A stretch of 64,000 bases of DNA from Promethearchaeota archaeon (GTDB taxonomy: Archaea > Asgardarchaeota > Lokiarchaeia > Sigyniarchaeales > SOKP01), in contig JAHPZI010000028.1 in assembly GCA_019058295.1 (NCBI GenBank), positions 128,001 through 192,000 on the forward strand, in the 5' to 3' direction. The notes under the pieces were generated by a model, which saw only the letters and a list, made by a program, of their open reading frames with translations, was not told the DNA's origin and did no database searches. The position numbers and the translations under genes are program-made. Shown piece by piece: positions 57,105 through 64,000 of the stretch. Position 1 is the first letter of the stretch. Each line of letters begins with the position of its first letter.

Positions 57105-58036
57105 TTTTCATTTTGCCTTGCTTTTAATTTCTCTAAGACTGAAATCTTTAACATTTCAGTAAATATCGAATAGATTTTTTCTTTTGAGTCTTCTTTAATC
57201 GCTGAGAATCCATATGTTTTTATCTCAAAGGCTTTTTCAATTTTATCAGGTTCAAACGCAGAATCCTTTAAATCTTGAAAATTTGCTATAATATAAAAAT
57301 CGGCTTTCTTAACTAATGGTCTCAATCGGTTAAAAAGACTCCTAGTTCTACCCAAGTTACTAGCTGCTGAATTAGATACAATACAAATAATTTCGACGGT
57401 GTCTAATAATTTCCTATAAAGTTTTGATTTATTTACCAATTCTTCTAAATCTATTTCTCTTAATTTAAATTGTTTTAAATCTTCTACACCTGATACTGCT
57501 ATAAGCTTCTCAATTATTTCATTTAAATCCTCATCCAATTCAAGGACTGTCTGACCGGGGAATAAATCCATTATTGTAGACTTCCCTACGCCAATCTCAC
57601 CAATTAATAATATTTTCGGAGGTATAAATATATGTTCTTCGATGAAGTCATCAAAATTGTTGAAAGTTGAAACATTTCCGTCAAAATTTTTTAATAATTT
57701 ACTGTATCTTTTTAAAAATTCAGATTTCATTAGTTCTACTTTAGGTCTAGCCTCTTCTTCTAAGTCGTCTATATCGGTAACAACAATAAACATACAACCA
57801 AATTCATCATCATAAGAATATATAAAATTGAAGTTTCTAAAGTTTAGAGCCTTAATTTCGCCCCCTTTTATTTCTTGTGCAAAACTGCTAATTGCTGTAA
57901 GAAAACCACTAATTAAATCGTCATCAGCTTCTAAATCACTGGAGCTCTTTCCAAAAAAATTTTTAGAATAACACAAAATGCCTCCTGCCGCGATAATAAG
58001 AACCCTAGAGATCATTTTTATATCCTTTTTTTCCAC
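57101..58036 (-). CDS. Longin-like domain fused to a Ras-superfamily small GTPase domain with degenerate G3/G4 (start GTG 58036 or downstream ATG, MISRV)
   Basis: IIAAGGILCYSKNF...DDDLISGFLTAISSFAQEI (longin-like); GEIGVGKST, IDLEE, ANFQD, FSAI. Confidence 0.8.
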   Translation of the reverse strand: MEKKDIKMISRVLIIAAGGILCYSKNFFGKSSSDLEADDDLISGFLTAISSFAQEIKGGEIKALNFRNFNFIYSYDDEFGCMFIVVTDIDDLEEEARPKVELMKSEFLKRYSKLLKNFDGNVSTFNNFDDFIEEHIFIPPKILLIGEIGVGKSTIMDLFPGQTVLELDEDLNEIIEKLIAVSGVEDLKQFKLREIDLEELVNKSKLYRKLLDTVEIICIVSNSAASNLGRTRSLFNRLRPLVKKADFYIIANFQDLKDSAFEPDKIEKAFEIKTYGFSAIKEDSKEKIYSIFTEMLKISVLEKLKARQNEK

Positions 58037-58339
58037 TTGATAATTGAATTCAATTGAATAGATTTAAAATGATAAATTTTTACTAATTTTAATCATTCAG
58101 AGATTCACGTATAATTTAATTATTTATATGTTTTTTATATTTTTTAATTTATGTTGTTTTAGATTAATTATTCCTCTTATAAAATTGAAAAAAGAATTGA
58201 CTCAGATTATCGTTTAAAAAATATTTAAATTTCCTTGCTTTTCATATCAAAAATTTATATCCAGATCACGAAAATAAATATATTATAACAAATTAAAATT
58301 AATATTAAAATAAATATAGAACTAAGAAGGCTAACCACA

Positions 58340-58465
58340 TTGGGAGAGAAAGAAGAAAAGCACCCAACTATAGTAGAAACTGAAGAGAAAGAAATACCGG
58401 AAAAAAGACCACCTAATGATAAAATTCTCTATTTCAATATAGCAGATAACAAAGATAAAAATTAG
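58340..58465 (+). CDS. Candidate 41-aa small protein
   Basis: TTG-started MGEKEEKHPTIVETEEKEIPEKRPPNDKILYFNIADNKDKN; purine-rich, preceded by AGAAGG. Confidence 0.4.
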   Translation: MGEKEEKHPTIVETEEKEIPEKRPPNDKILYFNIADNKDKN

Positions 58466-58554
58466 GTAAATACCAATCGATATTTGTTTTATTTATTAAC
58501 TCATTTTAACAATTTGAATAATTAAGTTAATTTTAATTTATTTAAAAGAAAGAA

Positions 58555-58674
58555 AGAAGGGCCAACGAAATCCACACAATTTTGCAAAAATTAGGGAGAA
58601 AATTAAACTCTAAACAGAGTTTAATAGAGGGCGAAATCCAATGTTGTGCGTGAATTTTGCTAAATTTCCCTTCT
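58555..58674. other. Structured intergenic element (candidate ncRNA or regulatory hairpin)
   Basis: Perfect hairpin ATTAAACTC-taaaca-GAGTTTAAT (58602-58625), terminal complementarity AGAAGGG/CCCTTCT, CGAAATCCA twice. Confidence 0.4.
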
Positions 58675-58899
58675 ATACATATTTATCATTTGGTTGATTA
58701 ATAAATATAGGTTTATTGACAGTTTTATGTTCTAATAGAACATACATATTTTAACTTAAATTATTCAGATTGAAAACTGTATTTTATGAAATATTAACTT
58801 ACTTTAAAGTTAATTTATAAAAAATATAAATGATTTAAGTAAGAAATTGTTAATTTTTAAAGTAAAACCTCTTGCTATTTTTTTAATCGCATTAATCGT

Positions 58900-59703
58900 T
58901 TAAAGAAGTTCTAAAATCTTAATTTTCATTCCGTCCTGAGCAGCAATGATGTTCTTTATCTTGGTGTATTTTTTTAGTTTTTCAACTTGGCTTGGGACAT
59001 GATTTTTTTTAGAGCGTGGTCCATCCATATAGGACCCAAAATGAGTTATTATTAAGCTGTCAAGCGGGGGATTTATTTTATTTAAATAAGGAATAACTTC
59101 ATCTGTGCATAAATGCCGTTTGCATGTAATTGAGTCTGGTCTTAAAAGATTTAAAATTAAAATATTAACACCATTAAATTGTTCTGAAAAACCATCGAAA
59201 ACCATGGTATCACTGGAGAAAGCAAGTGAGTAATTCTTCAGATTAAATCTAATCCCGAATCCTTCTACTTTTGGACTATGAATTACCTTAGTAGCAACAA
59301 TATCTACTCCCTTATAGTTAAAAGTATCACCCGGTGTAAAAATTACAGTTTTTTCGAGCATATTTAAATGATAATCCGAAATGAATCGCATGGTGTCTTC
59401 CGTTGTAAATAAAATCCCCTTTTTAAAGTAATTGTAATTTCTATCATGAAGAATTTCATGGGAAGATTCAATAATAGCACTTAAATCGTTAAAATGATCA
59501 ATATGAACATGGGTAGCAAAAAATAAATCAGTTTTAGTTGGATCTTCTTTATATTGATTTATTCGAACTAAAGCTCCTGGTCCTGGATCTATGTGGGCTT
59601 GTGTACCATTAAATTTATAGAGATATCCTCCCGTAGCTCTATGTTGGGTTCTGATATGATGCCTTCCTCCTCCAGATCCGAGTATAATTAATTCATCTTC
59701 CAT
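58900..59703 (-). CDS. MBL-fold hydrolase (PhnP/RNase Z-like)
   Basis: ILGSGGG, IDPGPG, THVHIDH, VIH, SSDT, RHL, THF. Confidence 0.88.
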   Translation of the reverse strand: MEDELIILGSGGGRHHIRTQHRATGGYLYKFNGTQAHIDPGPGALVRINQYKEDPTKTDLFFATHVHIDHFNDLSAIIESSHEILHDRNYNYFKKGILFTTEDTMRFISDYHLNMLEKTVIFTPGDTFNYKGVDIVATKVIHSPKVEGFGIRFNLKNYSLAFSSDTMVFDGFSEQFNGVNILILNLLRPDSITCKRHLCTDEVIPYLNKINPPLDSLIITHFGSYMDGPRSKKNHVPSQVEKLKKYTKIKNIIAAQDGMKIKILELL

Positions 59704-59781
59704 TTTTCTATGACCAGAATTCAGTTTTTATTATATATCCTTAATGAATAGTAACTTAATAAATGATAAGTTCATATCAAT

Positions 59782-62040
59782 TTAGCTGGAAGATTTTAAT
59801 TCTAAAAGTAAATTTTCATCAATTTCTTTTATTAATGGTTTTAATCTACTGCTTAGAATTTTTTGAATTCTATTTTTTAACAAATGTTTTTTATTTTCTT
59901 TTTGAATTTCGTCAATTGTGGATTTAGCAATACTCTGCCCCATTTTACCTAGCTCTACTAACTTACAGTGAATTCGATTTTGACTGTTAAATTTTTTAAT
60001 AGGACTTTCTAGTGGAATTTTAAATATGTGCCTAGAGCTTTTCTTGATTTGAATTTGTTCAGTCATAATCTTAGAATTCAGAATTGCCACGAGATAATAA
60101 GCCTCATCAATATTCTCAGTGGCGTAAAAGCTTAAATCTCCAGTAATTAAAAAATTTCCCTGAATTACTGCTGAATTTAGAATTGAGCCGGAATTATTAT
60201 ATACCACTTTAATTTTTGATAATTGTCTTTTATTTATCAGTTTTGACCATCGATTTAGGTTATCCATCAAAGAATTATGATATGTAGTATCTTTCTTTAA
60301 TCTTAAATAGATTTTGTTAATTTTATCATAGAATTTTTTCGCATTTGGCATTAAATTATTGTAATTAAATTGCAAATCTATTTTAGAAAGAGGTAAAAAA
60401 GCATTATAATAATCATAGACATGAAATTTGACCAATTCTGTACTCTTAATTATTTTGAAAAGATACTCTTTCTCAATAATTTCATTTTTATACTCTATTT
60501 CATTCCAAGGAGCTTTTGCTCTTTTGAAAATTCTATCATCTGGATTAATATTGACTAAAGTATCGTTAATTTGATTACCCTTGATAAAAATTAAGTTTCT
60601 TGGATTTAAATCTGCTCCTTTATGAAATAAATTTTTATAATCACTTTCTATAGAAGGGAATAATTCCTTTTTTTGTTTTTTAAGAATTAGTTTTTTAGTA
60701 TAAACTTTATTACCTTTATTTTCAATTGAATAAGGAACTAGAGTCTTAATTTCTTTCAGTTTCAATTCTACCTTAGTAAAGTAATTTATATTACTATTGT
60801 CATTATTTAACGTGAAATGATAAGCTGGTAGTTCTAAATTTAAATTTGGTTGAGGAATTTCGGATTTTTGAGCATAAATGCATATAAAATCAATGTTAAA
60901 TATTTTTTCAATCTTTATATCAAAAGTCCAGAATTTAACATTCTTAAAACCTTTAAAATTGCGAAACCGAGATGCATGGGAGCCAGTTATTACCCCTTTG
61001 GTTATTACAAAAAATATTTTGGCATTTTTCTTCATAAAAACTTTTGATTGATAAAAGAAAAGTGCTGCAATCTCAATGTTTAGTATGTTTTTTGGTCTCG
61101 GTTTAATTTCAAGTTGTTCTGCTAACTTTTTTATTTTTTCTTGATACTGAGAAGATTCTATATCTCTAAAAGTATACCATGGTGGATTTCCTATAATAAG
61201 ATCAAACCTATTATTCTCAATAATTTGAAATAATGAATCTGCTACATATAAATTGATGTGTGAGTTTTCATGAGTAGCAAAATCTTTCAGAACAATTATA
61301 AAATTAATTTTAGTAATAAAAATTGAAATTGGATTAATATCAAAACCATAAACATTATTAATAGCTAAAATTTTTTCTTTTTCGCTTTTATTTGCTGAAA
61401 TTATTTTACTTAATATAACAATCAAGAAATTTCCTGACCCACAACACGGATCAAGAACCGATTCTCCAAATTTATAAGCTTCATTTACCATCTTTTCTAC
61501 TAAGAATGGAGGAGTATAATATTCTCCTGATTTATGTCTAAGTAATGGAGAAATTATTTCTTGAATCAAATAATCAAATCTATGTTCAAGTTTAATATCT
61601 AAATTAAAGATATGTTCAGCTAGATTACAAATTAATTCGTTATATGAACTAAAATCTTTATTTTCATATATTTTACATAATGGATGAAAATATTCAAAAT
61701 TAAACAAATTGAGAGTTTTAAATTTCTCTTTTATGAATTTTTGGCAGTTTTCAAAAAATTTAGCATTTATATTATGATAATTAATAGATTTGTTTCTATT
61801 TATAATATATTTAAAGATAAAAATATGGCTAACGAAATATAGCAGAGAAAATGTAATATATAATTCAATATTTACGCTTTTTGGACCGTATATTGATTGA
61901 AAATCGGTATACCAGCTTTTATAATGGTTATTATTATGAATCTTTTTTTCAATTATAAATTTCTTTAAGTTTTCAATTTCTTCATTTAAAGTATCTAATT
62001 TAAGTTTATTATCTTTAAAATATTCTAATATTCTAAACAA
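59782..62040 (-). CDS. N6-adenine DNA methyltransferase with long C-terminal target-recognition region (type IIG/Eco57I-like M-S part)
   Basis: GEYYTPP, VLDPCCGSGNFL, GFDINP, FDLIIGNPPW, AILNS. Confidence 0.88.
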   Translation of the reverse strand: MFRILEYFKDNKLKLDTLNEEIENLKKFIIEKKIHNNNHYKSWYTDFQSIYGPKSVNIELYITFSLLYFVSHIFIFKYIINRNKSINYHNINAKFFENCQKFIKEKFKTLNLFNFEYFHPLCKIYENKDFSSYNELICNLAEHIFNLDIKLEHRFDYLIQEIISPLLRHKSGEYYTPPFLVEKMVNEAYKFGESVLDPCCGSGNFLIVILSKIISANKSEKEKILAINNVYGFDINPISIFITKINFIIVLKDFATHENSHINLYVADSLFQIIENNRFDLIIGNPPWYTFRDIESSQYQEKIKKLAEQLEIKPRPKNILNIEIAALFFYQSKVFMKKNAKIFFVITKGVITGSHASRFRNFKGFKNVKFWTFDIKIEKIFNIDFICIYAQKSEIPQPNLNLELPAYHFTLNNDNSNINYFTKVELKLKEIKTLVPYSIENKGNKVYTKKLILKKQKKELFPSIESDYKNLFHKGADLNPRNLIFIKGNQINDTLVNINPDDRIFKRAKAPWNEIEYKNEIIEKEYLFKIIKSTELVKFHVYDYYNAFLPLSKIDLQFNYNNLMPNAKKFYDKINKIYLRLKKDTTYHNSLMDNLNRWSKLINKRQLSKIKVVYNNSGSILNSAVIQGNFLITGDLSFYATENIDEAYYLVAILNSKIMTEQIQIKKSSRHIFKIPLESPIKKFNSQNRIHCKLVELGKMGQSIAKSTIDEIQKENKKHLLKNRIQKILSSRLKPLIKEIDENLLLELKSSS

Positions 62041-62197
62041 ATACTATTACTCCATTTTCTTTTTAAACTTATTAATCTATTTATCATTACCATTAAATAA
62101 AATTAATATTATTATTAAACCAGAATTAAATTAAAATTAATTAACATTATCTATTAAATTATTTAATAATAATAATAAAAAAGGAGTTATTTTTATT

Positions 62198-62803
62198 TTG
62201 ACCACAAGTGAAATTAACCTTTCCAAAGAACTCGAAAATGGAAAGGAATTTTCATGTAAGGCTTGTGGAGCTTGTTGTCGAGGATTGCTTGAAGGAGAGG
62301 TGTATCTCTATAAAGATGATATTGTTAGGCTGGTAAAACATCTAAAATTAAAAGGGGAATTAGGATTAAAAGAATTTGCCAGAAAATATGTAAATATCAT
62401 TGGTCAAACATTTTATTGGAAAGAACCCGGAGCAAAAAGAGGTCGGAATTACAAATTTAAAACTCTAGCTTTTAAATTTACAGGAGATGACGAACATTGC
62501 TTTTTTTTAGATGATAATAATTTATGTACTGTTCACAAAGCTAGACCATTCCAATGTCGTTGTTTCCCTTGGTGGCGAATGATGGTAAATTCGTCTTCTG
62601 GTTGGAAAAATTTAATAGATTATTCAAAAAAATGTCCAGGGTTACGTGATTCTCTTTCAAACAAAGGAAAGTTTTATTCCCGCGATGAAATCTTAAAATG
62701 GGCGAAAAGGGAGTATGAGATTGAAAAAAAGTATTTCTTGGAAATGAAAAAGAATAATTTTGATATTTATAGAGTTTATGAATTTCTTCCGAAAAATGAA
62801 TAG
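62198..62803 (+). CDS. YkgJ-family CxxCxxCC protein
   Basis: FSCKACGACC, CFFL...CTVHKARPFQCRCFPWW, CPG. Confidence 0.9.
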   Translation: MTTSEINLSKELENGKEFSCKACGACCRGLLEGEVYLYKDDIVRLVKHLKLKGELGLKEFARKYVNIIGQTFYWKEPGAKRGRNYKFKTLAFKFTGDDEHCFFLDDNNLCTVHKARPFQCRCFPWWRMMVNSSSGWKNLIDYSKKCPGLRDSLSNKGKFYSRDEILKWAKREYEIEKKYFLEMKKNNFDIYRVYEFLPKNE

Positions 62804-62872
62804 AAAATTTAATATTGACTTATATTTTTGATTATTATAGAAAGAAAAGGAACTAAAATTTTTAAAACTTAA

Positions 62873-64000
62873 ATGATTGGACTTTTTTTATGTGATTGCG
62901 GAAAAAATATTAGTGGTGTTATTGATAACGATAGATTAAAAGAACATTTTGAGAAATATCCCGATGTATATGTTTTAGGCAATCAATACTTATGTTCAGA
63001 AACAGGATTAAGCGAAATTAAGGAAGCAATAAAAGATTATAAAATTGATCGTGTTGTCATTGCTGCTTGTTCTTTTAAATTACATGGACAACTATTTCGC
63101 AAGACAATTGAGGAAGCAAATATTAATAGATTTCTTATTGCATTTGCTAATATTAGAGAGCAGAATTCATGGGTTCATCCTGATGAACCAGAAAAAGCAA
63201 CTCAAAAAGCAATTGATCAAATTAATATGGCTATAGAACAAGTCAAACTCTTAAAACCGTTAAAAGTTCAATATTCTACTGTTACTCCAGCCACATTAAT
63301 TATTGGTGGAGGTATAGCAGGGATTAAAGCAGCGATGGTAATTGCGGATGCTGGATATAAAGTTTATTTAGTAGAAAGAGATCTTACAATTGGAGGCCAT
63401 ATGGCTTTATTTGATAAGACTTTTCCTACATTAGATTGTTCGATTTGTATTTTGGGACCATTAATGAGTGAGGTTAAAGACCATCCAAATATTGAATTAG
63501 TAACATATTCTGAAGTTGAGAAGGTTGAGGGCTATGTTGGGAATTTTGATGTAGCTATAAAAAAACACCCTCGCTTTATTGTAGAAGAAAATTGTGTTGG
63601 ATGTTTTGATATATGTCGAGAAGTTTGTCCCATTGATGTTGAGGATACCTTCTTTCCGAGAAAAGCAATAGATGTTCCTTATCCTCAAGCAATCCCGCTT
63701 TTCCCTAATATAATGGAAGATTATTGCATCGGATGTAAAGCATGCCAACAAGCATGTGGAGATAGAGACGCAATTGATTTCGATCAAAAACCAGAGACTA
63801 TTAATATAAAAGTAGGAACGATAATTGTCGCAACAGGTTTTAAAACATTTGATCCTTCTTTGCTCTCAGAATTAAATTATCAGAAATATCCCGATGTAAT
63901 AACCTCAATGCAAATGGAACGATTATTAAATAATGATGGTCCAACTAAAGGAAAAATTGTGAGACCATCAAACGGTAAGCCTCCGAAAAAAGTTTCTTTT
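62873..64000 (+). CDS. hdrA: Heterodisulfide reductase subunit A, partial (runs off window edge)
   Basis: Not in ORF track. Manual translation: MIGLFLCDCGKNI...AACS...NIREQNSWVH...IIGGGIAG...DKTFPTLDCSIC...ferredoxin motifs...VATGF...GPTKGK, with no stop before the edge. Confidence 0.95.
   Translation, partial: MIGLFLCDCGKNISGVIDNDRLKEHFEKYPDVYVLGNQYLCSETGLSEIKEAIKDYKIDRVVIAACSFKLHGQLFRKTIEEANINRFLIAFANIREQNSWVHPDEPEKATQKAIDQINMAIEQVKLLKPLKVQYSTVTPATLIIGGGIAGIKAAMVIADAGYKVYLVERDLTIGGHMALFDKTFPTLDCSICILGPLMSEVKDHPNIELVTYSEVEKVEGYVGNFDVAIKKHPRFIVEENCVGCFDICREVCPIDVEDTFFPRKAIDVPYPQAIPLFPNIMEDYCIGCKACQQACGDRDAIDFDQKPETINIKVGTIIVATGFKTFDPSLLSELNYQKYPDVITSMQMERLLNNDGPTKGKIVRPSNGKPPKKVSF

Noticed and set aside
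58621-58688. Minus-strand MINMYRREI-TAG-QNSRTTLDFALY as pyrrolysine readthrough or a tmRNA-like tag
   Set aside because: No pyl genes in the window, no tRNA-like ends, and tmRNA is not known in archaea; likely chance.
4358-63787. Short ORFs overlapping longer genes (e.g. 4358, 5734, 8705, 9631, 10316, 14107, 17824, 34439, 53872, 63045, 63497)
   Set aside because: Antisense or alternate-frame shadows of well-supported genes with no motifs; 63045 and 63497 lie inside hdrA.
1-64000. tRNA, rRNA, IS transposases, integrases, selenoprotein TGA codons
   Set aside because: No cloverleaf or rRNA-like GC-rich blocks, no transposase or integrase motifs, and no TGA-interrupted conserved reading frames were noticed by eye. 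tRNAscan-SE, Infernal and ISEScan would be needed to exclude them formally.

Overview
AT-rich archaeal chromosomal segment with no rRNA, tRNA or CRISPR array seen. It most likely comes from an Asgard archaeon (Lokiarchaeia-like). This is inferred from the eukaryote-like ubiquitin cascade, four JAMM/MPN proteins, longin/roadblock-like proteins, a Loki-CTERM-like sorting tail, GGTGA-type Shine-Dalgarno motifs and HdrABC. Housekeeping content: sulfur and Fe-S metabolism (iscS, two iscU, cysteine synthase, DUF39-CBS/NIL-ferredoxin homocysteine synthesis), a copper-efflux island (copA, His/Met-rich membrane proteins, PadR-TRASH regulator, a duplicated 40-bp promoter element), hdrCB, a partial hdrA, and many lineage-specific proteins. 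Six observations stand out. (1) A free-standing LAGLIDADG endonuclease appears to have inserted into a metallo-beta-lactamase gene while supplying a replacement 3' end, leaving the displaced 3' end downstream. (2) An adjacent active/inactive (MPN+/MPN-) JAMM pair with coiled-coil tails sits next to a third JAMM and an AAA+-VWA protein. (3) A Ubl/E2/E1/JAMM locus is headed by a translationally coupled longin-GTPase fusion. (4) A coiled-coil protein with a RING-like domain lies just upstream of the Ubl gene. (5) Three tandem 2TM+left-handed beta-helix genes resemble a split version of the C1-C3 module of poly-epsilon-lysine synthetase. (6) Several genes appear to start at ATA/ATT behind strong SD motifs. 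All family calls come from motif recognition by eye; no database searches were run.
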